Shown here piece after piece: positions 44,825 through 59,670 of a stretch of DNA of 64,000 bases. The DNA lies in assembly GCA_964016885.1 (NCBI GenBank), contig OZ024743.1, forward strand, positions 30,752,001 through 30,816,000. Direction: 5' to 3'. The position numbers and the translations under genes are program-made. Origin of the DNA: Eledone cirrhosa. Its lineage: Eukaryota. Position 1 is the first letter of the stretch. Every line of letters starts with the position of its first letter. A model generated the notes under the pieces. That model made no database searches. It saw nothing but the letters and a program-made list of their open reading frames with translations, and had not been told where the DNA came from.

Positions 44825-45889
44825 AAACAAGTGCCTTGCAGTGAAATACCGTCCGATCTTACTCACCTCTCATATTATCAAGGTATTTGAGAGGGTGGTG
44901 AGATCACGAATAACCCAATTTCTCGAAAGCAACGGACTGCTAAACTCCAACCAACATGGGTTCCGTAATGGAAGGGACTACCTAACGCAGCTCCTACATC
45001 AATTTGATGATGTTTTGCGAGTTTTGGGAGAGGGCCCCAATACTGATGTCATCTGCCTTGATTTCAGCAAGGCTTTGACAGTGTTGATCATAAGATTCTA
45101 GTTAAAAATCTATCCAATATTGGTGTCGCTGGAAAGTTACAACAGTGGTTCAAGTGTTTCCTGACAGACAGAGTCGAACATGTTGTAGTCGAAGGAGTAA
45201 TATCAAGCCCAGGCAAAGTAGGGCCCACTTCTTTTCATCATCTACATTAATGACATTACTGAAATCATCAAGCACAACACCATAAAAATTGCAAGCTCTA
45301 GAGAGTTATCGATGAGTAGGGTGACCGGACTTATCTTCACTCAGACGTACTGGCTGTATCCAATCAGCAGATAAGAACAATATGCTTTTGAATGAGGATA
45401 AGTTCGAGTCAATCCACTTTGGAAAAAGGAATGCCCTGAAAATCCCATAATCACTTCCTTCAGGTGAAATTCTCGTAGCATAGCATCCAACACCATCAAA
45501 AACCTGGAAGTAATTGTGGATAAACTGTGTCACTAATATCAACAGCAAAGTTGACATCCCCTGCAGAATGTATTCCTGGATTCTCAGAACCTTCCAGTCG
45601 AGAGATATCCACTCTGTAATCTTTCTCTTCTCCACTTTAGCCCGACACCACCTTGAATACCCCTTGTCCAATATGGTCTGCCCACACGAAACAAAATATC
45701 ATCAAAGTTGAAGCACCTCAAACGTCAATTACACAGATGATAGATGGCATGACACGCCTTTACTATTTGAGTCGATTAGAAAAGCTCAACCTTTATTCTC
45801 TCCAGCGTCGCCGTGAGCGCTATATTATCTGCATGATGTGGAAAATATTCCATCAGCATTGCCTAAATGAAGTTGGCATCAGCTATAAA

Positions 45890-45890
<1 letters not shown>
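44825..45890 (+). pseudogene. CR1-group LINE reverse transcriptase fragment
   Basis: YRPILLTSHIIKVFER, NQHGFRNGR, DVICLDFSKA, LEKLNLYSLQRRRERY. Confidence 0.9.
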
Positions 45891-45929
<39 letters not shown>

Positions 45930-45951
45930 CAAACCGGCCATCTCAATCCTA

Positions 45952-45988
45952 CTTCTGAAAAGCACAAGAACTGCGAAACCGGTAAAAG
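45952..45988 (+). ncRNA. Minimal HHR related to family G
   Basis: ctt CTGAAAA gca caagaac tgc GAAA ccgg TA aaag, in a ~125 bp insert between (TA)n runs; C3-A8 mismatch. Confidence 0.55.
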
Positions 45989-46044
45989 AACCAAATAAAT
46001 ATTTTTAAAAAGACTCCAGTTGCATTTTCGATTTCCTCTTTTTT

Positions 46045-46117
<73 letters not shown>

Positions 46118-46120
<3 letters not shown>

Positions 46121-46516
46121 TATATTTATATAAAGTTGTAGCTCCTGTCTGTTTGTTTGCTGTTTCCTTGTTTATCTGTTTGTTTGTTCATGAGCTCCTT
46201 CTATGGTTTTGGAGATAGACCCCCATAACCATATGTATTCTGAAACTACATTGCCCAGGGTACTTGGATAAGTATATTTCATCTTAATCAAAGTGTTCCC
46301 CGGGAGCATAAACCCCACTGAAAATGTTTTTCTATAGATTTATATGAAATTTAGACCATAGGTAAATGACAAGGTATGATGCCAATTCACAATATTTCAG
46401 CAAATTTCAATAATGTCAAGACAACCTAATGGAGTTTTCCCCATAAATTATATCGCTGACTTAAAATCAATAATCATTTTCTTATAAAAAAAACAAAAAC
46501 GCAGAAATTCGGCTAG
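46118..46516 (+). mobile_element. Non-autonomous Helitron
   Basis: A^TC...CTAG^T termini; (GTTT)n near the 5' end; homologous to 26517-27138. Confidence 0.7.
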
Positions 46517-46567
<51 letters not shown>

Positions 46568-46861
46568 CCAGGGAGTGTAACTTGGAGTTACTGTATGTTC
46601 ACCCGTTTGAGCACTCGATGTTTAGGTTCACTTCGTTGTCGAGGTGTAGAGCTAGACAGAATTTATTACAGCAAAATAAAACAAGGTTGATTGGTTACTC
46701 CTCCATACGTTTATTGGTAGGTGACGGGCGTTTCGCCACTGATCAGCTCAAGGTTCGATCTGTATCGATCTGGACTGTTGATTACAGCGTCGGGCTAGAT
46801 CGATACAAATCGAACCTTGAGCTGGTCAGTGGCGAAATGTGCGTCACCAACCAATAAACAT
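46568..46861. mobile_element. Fold-back (46708-46772 vs 46797-46861) with tail; related fragment at 3505-3630
   Basis: Inverted arms with HHR-like CTG(A/G)TCA gtggc GAAA..GTC. Confidence 0.75.
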
Positions 46862-47073
46862 AATTGTTTCTATTTTAGGCACAAGGCCAGCAATTACCCA
46901 GTGTATTACTGGTACTTTATTTTATCGACCCCGTAAGGATGAAAGGCAAAGTTAACCTCGGCGGGATTTGAACTCAGATCGTAAAGGGACGTAACTATGC
47001 TGGAAAGCATAGCGTCCGACCCCCTACCGATACTGCCAATCCACAGGAGCATCCTATCGACCTTGTTTCATTT

Positions 47074-47231
<158 letters not shown>

Positions 47232-48559
47232 TGGTGATAGCGAATTGAGTGCATGATAATGCCACGCACTCACAAAGCCATATATATATGTATATATATA
47301 TGTGTGTGTGTGTGTTTGTGTGTGAGTCTGTGCGTGCGTGTGTTTGTGTGTGTGGGTGAGTGTGTATGTATATATATGTATATATATATATGGGTGTGTG
47401 TGCGTGCGTGTGTGTATGTGCGAAATTCACTCGATTCGCTCTCAGCAGTCAAATATTTCAAAATAATTATACAAGAATGGAATATGTCAACCGTAATCAA
47501 AACCAATGTCCGCAGAATTCTCGTTTATGACACAACGGCACTAATAATGATAAACTCCAAGGATATAATATAGCTGATCATAATTATTTCTGGGAATCAA
47601 GTACAATTCAAATTAGATACATAAGTTTGAAAACTAAAGTATAGTAAATTACGAAAAAAAGATAAACATAAAAACATCAATTTCCATTTTACCTAATATT
47701 TCTGCAATTTTCAATCTTAGAATTTTTCATTTAAAACGCAGGAAATAATGTGTAATGTTCACGACGCGTTGTGCATGAACTGTATGGTAAAATAATTATT
47801 GTTGGTCTTATTTTTCTTTCCATCAATTTATTCTGCTCTTCTGTTCCCATTTGTATATCTAATTTGCATTGTACAATCACAAGCGCTTATAGAACGATGT
47901 GTCATAGAATCTGTCGCAGACTACATATACGATCTAAACGAAAAACATCTATGCGTTAAAATATTTTCTATCAATTCAGCTAAAACGTAAAACGTTTTAT
48001 AGATAAATATTATTTCAAAAAAACTCCATTTAACATTTAGCAATAAATAAAGATCTGCTTCTTTGCACACACACACACACACACATACACACACACACAC
48101 ACACACATACACATACATACATACACACACACACATACATACACACACACACACACACACATACACACATACACACACACATACACACACACATACACAC
48201 ATATATAATTCTATAAGAATCGACCATCTATAATGTTCAACAAATATAGACGAGTGCTAAGATCTGTCAGCTTATCTCCCTTTATTTGTTGAAATGTATA
48301 GTCACTACTTTAAAATAATAGCGCAAGGTCTTCAAAATGTTTTTAATTAAACATACAGTATAATGCCAAATATACTATACATATATTCATATATACATGT
48401 ATATATATAATTGTTTGTACTTTTTGCACAAGGCTTTCAAATATCCCATTCTATTACTGGTACTTTATTTTATCGATCCCGTAAGTATGAAAGGCAAAGT
48501 TAACCTCGGCAGAATGTGGTAAAAGTAGTGACTTGTATTGTTATTCGTAAAATATACAC

Positions 48560-48624
<65 letters not shown>

Positions 48625-48699
48625 TATAATAATATGTATATATATGTCGATGAGTGTGGGGCTGAGAATGAATGAGACTAAGACAAAATGTCTGATAGA

Positions 48700-49320
48700 G
48701 AAATGTTGAGGAGCCAGAGAGGATTACTAATGTAGGCGGGAAGCCGCTGAAAATAGTTGAGGACTTCCTGTATTTGGGAGCAAAGATTGGGAATACGGAA
48801 GATGATGTGGTTGAGAGGAAGCCTGGGCGGCGTGCCACAGTTTGAGATCGGTGTGGAAGTCGGACCTTCGTAAAGACCTGAAGATCCGCCTCTTCATTGT
48901 TGTAGTGGTGTCTGTGCTGCTGTACGTGTCTGAGATTTGGACACGGAACAACAAAACTCACTCAGATGGTGGATGGGTGCTACATGAGAATGCTGAGGAT
49001 GGCTCTGAACATTAATCAGTATACACTGAGGATGAAAAACTCAGAGATCTATGGGAGCCTCCCAACAGTCAGCTAAAAAGTGACACAGAGGAGACTGAGG
49101 TTAGCTGGATATGCTCACCGACATCCAGAGTTAACACTGCACTCAGTTCTCCTGTGAGGGCTCCTGCACGGACACACTGGAAGAGGAAGACCAAGGTTAA
49201 CGTCTGTTGATGCCCTAAGACACTCGTCTGTTGGAGACGCAGGACATGGCATCGATAATGAGGGACAGAGACCGCTGGAGAGATCTCGTCCATGGATCTC
49301 GGGAATTTTACCCGCCCTAG
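48700..49320 (+). pseudogene. RTE-group LINE 3' fragment
   Basis: VEDFLYLG, KIRLF...SVLLY.SE.WT, DGCYMRMLRMALNI, RRLRLAGY...RHPE, RGRP. Confidence 0.85.
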
Positions 49321-51388
49321 ATATATATATATATATATGTGTATGTATGGTGTATGTATGTGTGTGTGTGTACAAATATATATTGGGGATGTAGATGGGG
49401 GATTTACTTGTGTGTGTGTATCTGTCTGTGTAAACATGATGAGAGAAGACAAGTAGAAGAGAAAATGACTCCATTGGTAAACAGATCATGAGAGAAGACA
49501 AGTAGAGAGAGAATATGACTCCATTGGATATTTGCCTAGTTTACAGAATAAATGCATTTTCTCCTTGATGGTTTACTCCAAGAATAGTGACCTCTAGGAG
49601 ACGGTTCATCATCCTCCTGGCTGTAAAGCGTGTGCATTTGCATTGAAGTAGAAGGGCCACATCTCAAAATGGATGGTGGGAGTTCCAATATTGTATATTA
49701 TAAGTAGATACATATGATTATATATGGATAATTGTATATAAATACGTCTGTGCGCCCGCATGTGTATGTGCATGTGTGGGGATGTGTGCGTGCGTGTGGA
49801 TGCGTCTGTGTGTGTGTGTAAACCAGCGTTCGAATCGGAGACACTAGCCCCGATACATAATCATCACTAACAACGAACGCGCAGAGGGAATCGCTTATGG
49901 CTGATTCGCACCCAGCTAGAAATAGTAGTCAGCTGGAATAGCATAGCAGGGATGTTTTATTCTTCTTTGATGTTATAAAATTAGAAAATAGAAATATGTG
50001 TTGAATCTCTTAGTGTCCCATACTTTTATCTTGCAAAATTTTATTTGAATGGAGCCGTTTGGGAGTGTATTAGGAAAAAACAGAGACACAGACAGATAGA
50101 CAGGAAGACAAATAATTTTACATAGATATATTTGGTCAAAATGGCGTAGCAAGTTACAAATAAAACGTATGTAACATAGTAATCCAAAATTTAAATATTC
50201 AAATTCGTATATCTAAGCTTTTTACAAATTCTACATGTCATTGCTTATATATTAGTCATATTGCAAAGCTATCACATGTGTTCATCGATGTATTATGACA
50301 TAACCCCATGCCCAGAAATTCAAAATTAAAATTGGTAACAAATTAAATGAAAATTATATTTATGATACAATATTTCCCTCCAAAACAGATTCCAAACTCG
50401 AAATAAAATGCATTAATAGTTTTTGTATTTCAATTCGTTTTTTTACTTCGTTGATGTTTCAGCGTCTGAAGTGTTACCATTCCTCCACGACTGACAGGAA
50501 TAATAAAAATCAAACACTCCTAAAATTAAAAGACATACGTATATTTGTGGTTCCATTAATATATCAAGTTGGTAAATGTATTTATTTACTTTTTATACAT
50601 CACTTACTAACAATATTTGTATCTGTCAAAATTCATTTTAGCTAAAACATTGAAATAAAATACATATATACTAATTGAAGTTAAATTTTAGAATTTAAAA
50701 ACATATTTACTAAATGACAAATATGTGTAAATATATCATTTTTTTCACGATAAATGATTGCAATAATAAAATTTGCCAATATGATGAAAACGCAAATCAT
50801 AAAGAACAATATAAATCCATGAAACTTAATAAATTCATGTCTATATATTTATCAAAAATAATATATTTCCAATTAAAATTTCAAAAAATAAATAGTATTA
50901 TTCACGGAGTTAATTTGAGACTATATATCATATTAAATTATGAAACTGAAATTGCTATCTTAAAAAAGTCAACAGCATATATATTAGTATAACTATTCTA
51001 CAGTGGATATGGCACATGTCTCTCTGACATGACACCCTTAATGTAATTGTGGATATATATCGGTCCCTTAATTGTAGAGATAACACACTTTTAAAAAATA
51101 TTCCCTGTGATTGTTTCATATGTTTATTTTAGATATATATATATGTCACCCAAATTGTATATATATATAAGAGAATAGAGGTGTAACACACGAGTTATGA
51201 TATATAGGTAAACGGAAAAGAAAATGCTGACAAATTGTTCCCACACACACACACACACACGCACACACATTTCTCCGTATAAGACAAGAGCTGAAAAAAA
51301 TATATTTTAACACGTTAAAATATACCCCACACACGTACATACACATTCCTACTGACCATCCCTCTACCACGAATTATTCTGCTACACA

Positions 51389-51424
<36 letters not shown>

Positions 51425-51800
51425 TCTTAATAGGCATTTGAACTGTCAACAGCCTGCGGTTTCGCACACACATCCCTGCTGACCATTATCAAAACAACGA
51501 ACCTCTTTACTACTACTACTACACACAAACACACACACATATTTGTTTTGAAAGACTTATTTTTCAGTGACTTCTCAATCAGCCGACACAAACCTACATT
51601 TGGCGCAAAATCAATTTTTAACATTCACATGAACTCTACCGACCAATCAAAATTGTTTTGACCACAAGAATTTTTGCAACACGAATTGGCGCGAAACTTA
51701 TTTTAATACATGTGGAGCCACTTTTTTCACATAAAACAGGTAGAATTTTAAAAACTAATCAGATTAGAGCAAATATCACGGGCGCTCTATCTCAAAATTA

Positions 51801-51836
51801 TTTTTGAAAAGCATTAGAAATGCGCAACCGGTAAGA
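51801..51836 (+). ncRNA. HHR-like motif, U3-A8 plus GCAA variant (family G)
   Basis: ttt TTGAAAA gcatt aga aatgc GCAA ccgg TA aga; GCAA occurs in all four family copies. Confidence 0.55.
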
Positions 51837-51959
51837 CTTAAAACCAAAACTGAATACTAACCAATACTATTACTAATTTTTACTTATTCCTAATTAAACT
51901 ATTTTTCACTGGGGACAATTTGTCAGCATTTTCTTTTCCGTTTACCAATATATATATAT

Positions 51960-52506
51960 GAAAAAATGAAACGAAATTTCATTTCTCACTCTTAGGACGG
52001 CTGTTACTTAAATATAAGTATGGATACGTACATACATATATGTATACAGACGTACAGTAGTATGTATATATATATATATATATACATACATGCACGCATA
52101 TATATATGTACGTATGGATTCACCGAACATTTATTATAATGCTCGGTGTGTTTGTAAACAAACATCCCGAATTAAGCCGTACAGTGTCTAACAACCATCG
52201 TTGCTCATTTGCTCAACACTGACAAAGGAACGCTATACTAGTTTCAAGCTCATGAGCTATCGTTACCAACGTATACCTTCCTGCCAGATGGTTGAACGTC
52301 TGAAAGTATATACTTTCCTCATGCATATTAATGGCTGAGCAGAGCAGCCTAATTTGCATATCGAGTGAGTTAATCGGCCGGGGTACAGAAAACGATAAAC
52401 GGAAAAAATTAAACGAAATTTGATTTCTCACTGTTTGTACGGCTGTTATTTAAATATAAATATGTATACGTACATACATATATGTATACAGGCATACAGT
52501 AGTATG

Positions 52507-52556
<50 letters not shown>

Positions 52557-52735
52557 CATGCACACACATATATATATATACGCATGGATTCACCGAACAT
52601 TTATTATAATGCTCGGTGTGTTTGTAAACAAACATCTCGAATTAAGCCGTAGTGTCTAGCAACCATCGTTGCTCATTTGTTCAACAGTGACAAAGGAACG
52701 TTGTACTAGTTTCAAGTTTATTTGCTATCGTCAAG
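51960..52735 (-). mobile_element. Family E retrozyme-like array (~1.7 units, 468-bp period)
   Basis: HHR remnants at 52231-52271 and 52699-52734; octamer at 52352-52359; array ends at the HHR core. Confidence 0.85.
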
Positions 52736-53232
52736 GAGCAAATATTTGAATTCTAGTCTTGGGGTCTGGACACTACACATGCATGCAGTTGTTATAGACA
52801 AATAGTTATTCCGGGACATTCACATTCAATGGTGGCAGAATGTGATAGACGCCGTTGACGGTAACATTATTGCGATGTCAATCAAGATTTTCTACCGATT
52901 GTCATTACAAGAACACACAGAAAGACAACGATGATACATACATTGCATAACGAAACCCCTACCGGATCTGTTAGCGCGAAACATATTAGAAGATCAGACT
53001 TCAGTAATCTAAATGTCTGTACAGGTTCCCAAAATAGAAAGAAACAGACGTATTTAAATGTAAAAGCATTTTATAGTTTCCATCTTTAATGTCAATACAA
53101 CAAATTCCGAAATAAAAATGAGTGTGACATGGAATACAGAAAAGAAAGAGTTAAAACAATATCCATACAAGAATATCTTATGTTTGAAAGATTACACACG
53201 CTTTCATTATTATTGACATTGTATATATATAA

Positions 53233-53319
<87 letters not shown>

Positions 53320-53379
53320 GATATGTGTGAGTGTATGTGTGTGTATGTGTGTGTGAGTTTGTTTCTGTGTGTGTGAGTT

Positions 53380-53520
53380 GCGGGTTCAATCAGGGGGTGA
53401 CCACAGCAAGTAGAGTGTCTGCAACAAATTTAATATAGATATGGCTTCTACAGGACTAGACTATTTCATTTGAATGAAACAGTTCTATTCCTGTACAATC
53501 TATTTCTATATTAACTTTGT
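53380..53520. mobile_element. Older family A fold-back centred in HHR stem II
   Basis: Centre TTTCATT TG AATGAAA at ~53470; diverged arms; tail on the left. Confidence 0.8.
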
Positions 53521-53979
53521 TATATACATATATATTATTTACAACATTTGGATATTCAATATAGAAGCATTATCTTTTTCACAGTTTGTTCCGACGTCTA
53601 CACGTGCAATATAATTCATGGGTGCGATGTAAGTTATTTATTTTGAAGTAATATGGAAAGTAGTTTTTATCTCATATTGCTGTGAATTCCTGCAAGTTTT
53701 TTCCAGTGAAAATATGTGTAGTTATATTTTGTGGTCAGCTCACTGCTTCATGCATTTTTACATGCATAAATGTTTATCATGAAGCCTAAATTTATGTATT
53801 GGGAAATATTCCATCCTGAAACATTTTCTACTTGTACAAAAATGTACAAAACGTATGATATAACACGCAGTGCATGCAACACGTAAGTTCACTCTTGTAC
53901 ACTCTCATACACACACAGATGCAGAGACATTTATCTATAAAATTATCTAATTTTCTTTTTTTCTCTCACTATCATTCTT

Positions 53980-54010
<31 letters not shown>

Positions 54011-54118
54011 TTACTAAAATAACAGATTGAAGTTTAAGCAAAGACATGCTGCTTGCACTCTTAACGAGATCTTATGAAACTAAAAATATCAATCTGTGAA
54101 CGCAGAAGTAAATCTTTC

Positions 54119-54221
<103 letters not shown>

Positions 54222-54282
54222 TACACATATACATACATATATATATATATATATATACATATATGTATATATTTATATACAC

Positions 54283-54349
<67 letters not shown>

Positions 54350-54380
54350 CATATATATATGTATATATATATACATACAC

Positions 54381-54433
<53 letters not shown>

Positions 54434-54470
54434 CACACATATATATATATATATATATAAATATATATAT

Positions 54471-54559
<89 letters not shown>

Positions 54560-54560
<1 letters not shown>

Positions 54561-57500
54561 CGGCGATGAATTAGTTTTGCGAGGTTTTTTATATGAAATC
54601 GTGTGTCGAAACAGATATTGTTATATTTGGGGAGGGTCATATTTGCGTAATATTGCCAGAATTAATAACAGAACACACTCACTGTTTGGTTGGTTTTCGC
54701 TTCTCGCTGTCTTTTATATATATATATCTGCGATCTAACTTACTCGGTGCTCAATGTTGCCATTGACTGACCGGCGGTCAAAAATAATACAGATACAATA
54801 TAGACACAAACACATATATATAGTTTACATAATTTACATAAATCTTTCGTTGCACATCTGCAACATCGTCAGTGGTGTTATATTCATTGTTCCTCCTGTT
54901 GTGTTGTATGTCTACGCCATTTTTTTTTTGTTCAGTCTGTCTATATATTTATTTATTTATTTGCTTGTTTGTTTATCTTATTTTATTTTGTCTTCTTTGC
55001 GCATGCGTTTGCGTGTGTGTATAGTGTGATGTGTGACTAGTGTGTATAGTGTTGTGTCTGCTGGGTGACTAGTGTGTGTTTATGTGCTTGTGTATGTATT
55101 TATTTATCTTATTTTATTTTATTTTATTTACTTATTTATACTTCTCTTAGGTCAGTGTTGTTTGTTTGGGTGTTGTTGTTGTTCCACTCATTCTTTCTGT
55201 TTAGCTTTGGTCTTCTAATTTCTATTTCACTGGCCTCTCTGATTTGCCTATCTGCTGGGTCATTCCTATGTTTAGATATTATTCTAATTTCTATGTTGTC
55301 TATGTTACCGTCATGTTGTTGTCTAGCATGTTCGTATAGTACTGACCCGTTTTTTTCGTCCTTTTAGTTCCCCCCTAGCTAGCAACTACAGGATCTCCTA
55401 CTTCCTCTCAATGGTTATACGCCCCATAATGAAGATGTCCCCAGATGTATGTGAAAGTACAGAGGACCTCCTCAGCAGAATCAGTGAGTGCAACAAAAAC
55501 AGGAGCCTATCCAACTGCATAATAGGCAGCATGGATGTGGTGTCACTGTACCCATCCATTAACATTGATTTTGCTGTGAAAAGATGTGTGGAGATGATCA
55601 TTGAGAGTGAGGTGGAGTTCTGCGACGTCGACACAGACGAACTGGGCCTCCTACTTAGACTTACCTACGACACTGACTACCTAGACAGCCATGACCTTAG
55701 ATGTTTCTGCCCTAGTAGACCTATAAGAGGTAGACCCCCCACCATAACCTCAATGGCTAAAAAGACTCCCATAGGAAGGTGGATTGGGTGGACCAAAGCT
55801 ATACGGACCCCCCAAAACACTGATCAGGTAAGAAAAATGGTCGCACATGCAATAGGGGCTAGTATCAAAACTACCCTAAAGGGCCACATATTTAAGTTCA
55901 ATGAGAAAATCTACACCCAAAATGAGGGAGCAGCCATCGGCGTCAGCATAGCTGGTGATGTTGCCAACCTTTTCATGGTATGGTGGGAAAGGAGACTTAA
56001 AGATCTCCTTAATGAAAGCTCCATAGACCTCATCATGTACTCTCGTTATGTAGACGATATCAATATAGTTATAAGAACACCCCCCACTAGAGAGCACTAA
56101 CAAGTTTGATTTAGAACGTAGCACGATGGAAAGCATCCAGCAGATAGCTAATTCCATACACCAGAGTATAACTGTAACTATAGACTTCCCTTCCAAACAC
56201 CCTAACAATAGACTACCTGTATTAGACACAGAACTCTGGATTAACACTATAGACGAGAGAGCCCAAATTCTCCACTCACACTATGCTAAACCCATGGCCT
56301 CCAAATACCTGATACTCAAAATCTCAGCAATGTCTAGTAGTGCTAAGTTTAATATTCTGATCGCAGATTTGGTACGAGTGATGAAGAATGTGTCCAGCAT
56401 GTGCGACCCAACAGAAATGGAAGGACACATCCAACACTTCATCAACCGCATGCAGTTCTCTGGCTACAACCAAAGAGACAGAGTCAGAGTATACGAAGTA
56501 GCCATGGAAAAGTATAAGACCCTCATAGAACTGGACATGAAAGGAATTTGCCCACTATAAAGGAGCAAATCATGGAATAGCTTAGATAGGGCTAGACATA
56601 AGATAGGGAAGGCCACATCATGGTACGACAACCAGAGATATCAGAGTGTCATGTTTGTGGACGCCACCCCTGGAGGGAAATTAGCTAACCAGTGTAGAAA
56701 GGCCCTGAGAAAGACCCACTTAAAAATAAAGGTGGTAGAAAAGCCAGGAACCACCATAAAATCCCTGATCAGCAAAACCTACCCTTTTAAGAAAACCCAC
56801 TGTACCAATAGGAAATGTATCATTTGTAAGGTGAACCCCCGGATAAACTGTAAAACTAGAAACGTAGTCTATAGCATAAGATGTACAGAGGGTACTTGCA
56901 GAAACATGACAACAACATACATAGGTGAGACAGCTCGTAGCATAGGTGAAAGGATAGACCAACATTGGGGGGAACTAAAAGGACGAAAAAACGGGTCAGT
57001 ACTATACGAACATGCTAGACAACAACATGACGGTAACATAGACAACATAGAAATTAGAATAATATCTAAACATAGGAATGACCCAGCAGATAGGCAAATC
57101 AGAGAGGCCAGTGAAATAGAAATTAGAAGACCAAAGCTAAACAGAAAGAATGAGTGGAACAACAACAACACCCAAACAAACAACACTGACCTAAGAGAAG
57201 TATAAATAAGTAAATAAAATTAAATAAAATAAGATAAATAAATACATACACAAGCACATAAACACACACTAGTCACCCAGCAGACACAACACTATACACA
57301 CTAGTCACACATCACACTATACACACACGCAAACGCATGCGCAAAGAAGACAAAATAAAATAAGATAAACAAACAAGCAAATAAATAAATAAATATATAG
57401 ACAGACTGAACAAAAAAAAAATGGCGTAGACATACAACACAACAGGAGGAACAATGAATATAACACCACTGACGATGTTGCAGATGTGCAACGAAAGATT

Positions 57501-57718
57501 TATGTAAATTATGTAAACTATATATATTTGTTTGTGTCTATATTGTATCTGTATTATTTTTGACCGCCGGTCAGTCAATGGCAACATTGAGGACCGAGTA
57601 AGTTAGATCGCAGCTATATATATATAAAAGACAGCGAGAAGCGAAAACCAACCAAACAGTGAGTGTGTTCTGTTATTAATTCTGGCAATATTACGCAAAT
57701 ATGACCCTCCCCAAATAT

Positions 57719-57724
<6 letters not shown>
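54560..57724 (+). mobile_element. Young 5'-truncated PLE with ~760 bp near-identical inverted 3' copy (54615-55375 vs 56967-57724)
   Basis: Long inverted repeat flanked by (TA)n; HHR-like core CTGACGA t gttgca gatg tgcaac GAAA at 57469-57496 and 54845-54872. Confidence 0.95.
55376..57205 (+). pseudogene. PLE RT + GIY-YIG; one frameshift (~56085) and one stop (56558-56560)
   Basis: SMDVVSLYPSI, QNEGAAIGVSIAGDVANLFM, RYVDD, LPVLD, CTNRKCIIC, NVVYSIRC...YIGETARSIGERIDQH. Confidence 0.95.
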
Positions 57725-57772
<48 letters not shown>

Positions 57773-59029
57773 GCGTGTGTGTGTGTCTGGCTGTGTAAGT
57801 ATTGGTGCATGTTTGCTGTGTGCAAGTGTATATGCCTTTTCACCTGATGGAGCGAGGAACCAGAAATCTAACGTCTCTATTCATTTACCCTTCAGAAACT
57901 AAAGAAGGTATGCTCTGCAGTTTACTCTAGCCACCCAAACATTAGCAAAGGAGAAAACGCCGTTTGTGTACAACAAAAGTTGTACACAAACGGTGGAGAA
58001 CAGAGGCCAGGTACCGTTCCTCTCTGACTAAAAGCTTCTGCCCTCGGAAAAAACCCATAGTTGACGGATGCGAAATCCGAAATATAGGGACAATTAAATC
58101 TCTTCTAAGGTAACACTATCTCGTGTTATTATTTGTACGCTCTTTCCTACGATCATCTACACACTATACTTCTGATATTACATTTCCGCTTACATCTCTC
58201 TCTTCACCACCGGTTTCTGTTACTCGAACATTTACCCATCTGCGACCAAATTTCTTATTATTCCACAGATTATGTGTGAAAGCGTGGGTTGGATGAAATA
58301 CTGGGAAAGAGAAAGAGGAGAAAATATCGAAACCGATGCGTAGTTTTCTAGAAGGATTATATATCTAAAACTACAAGTTGTATTCACAATATTTCGCATA
58401 TAAATTGGTAGCTGCATATCAAGATAAATAGGCAAAATATTCGCTGATAGATATATGCATATATACCTGGAACATATCTATTAAAATATATGATGAACAG
58501 AATGTACCAAAGAAATGTCAAAACATAACAACAATAACAATTGCATTTACAAATTATTGAATCTGAAAATGAAAACGGAAGATATGAAATGCAAATGCAA
58601 TATGGCGTTTTATCAATATTTTCCTGCGGTATTTTGGAATATCGTACGTAGAATAACCAAATTATCAAACACGAAAATGTATAGCTATTAAGTGCATTGA
58701 GCAACATAAAAATACATGGTGATATAGACGAGACAAATATCGTTTTATATTGAACCTGAATTACTCGAATAGATTTTTACCGTAGAAACATGTTTTATGC
58801 GCCGACTAGGTGTATCTACAATATACCCATCTGTTACCATAGTAACAAATCAAATTTCTTCAAAAGGCATTTATATAGCAACATGGAGGAAGTATAAATG
58901 AAATACAGGTTCCTTCCAAGATTTCAAAATTACCTTACGAAATGATTCGTAACATTCTACCATGCTTTGAATACGGTCTCAATATATTATAATATGCGAG
59001 GTTCAGCAGACATGTTAATTGACTGATAA

Positions 59030-59670
59030 AGATACTCTCGTGGAATGTGGCCAAGTAAAGTTGATTTTTCGAAGATAGTCCCATGCAGTTCACACATTTC
59101 TTCCATCGGTGCTGCAGTGTTTGGATGCCAATGGAGAAGAAGCTTTCATTCTGTTAGACAAACATTTCAACAACTACAGATATGACGTCATTATCAAAGG
59201 AATACTGATCTTCAGCCAAGTGTTTCCTCATGGTGGGGAAGAGATTATAGTCACAGTGGGCCAAACCAGTTCAACGCCATAGCTACCATTGAAACCAAGG
59301 ACTTGTGGCTTGGAGTATTGTCCTGATAAAAGAAAACACTTTTCGTCAGTTTTTCTGGACCTTTGGTCTTGATAGGGTTTCGAAATTCCCTCAGGATATT
59401 AGCATAGTTCACTCCATTGATTGTGTGACGGTTAAGATAATAACACAATGCAATTGCATCACAAATCACTGATGTCATCATTTCCCCGTATATGACAGAC
59501 ATGGTCTTCTTATGCAAAATATGATGACGTTATAGATGCTGTGGACACCTACCTGCAGGACCAAATTAAGGCATTCTATTCTACTCCAGAGAGATCCTGA
59601 CACTTTAGCGCTGGTGGGTGAAAGAAGTGTGTGGACTCAAAGAAGGGAGACTATGTTGAAAAATAAAACA
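59030..59670. mobile_element. Two mariner transposase 3' fragments, 59030-59500 (-) and 59520-59670 (+)
   Basis: TINGVNYANIL...FYQDNTPSHKS; GIQTLQHRWKKCV; GDYVEK* terminus. Confidence 0.85.

Noticed and set aside
46720-46845. Functional HHR in the fold-back
   Set aside because: Core reads CTG(A/G)TCA and stem I does not pair; kept only as a fold-back.
52780-53030. Signal-peptide-like and IAIMLP-like fragments on the minus strand
   Set aside because: Different frames with stops; too short to call.
55376-57205. Naiad/Chlamys assignment or selenocysteine read-through
   Set aside because: The endonuclease is C-terminal, and the internal stop is TAA, not TGA.
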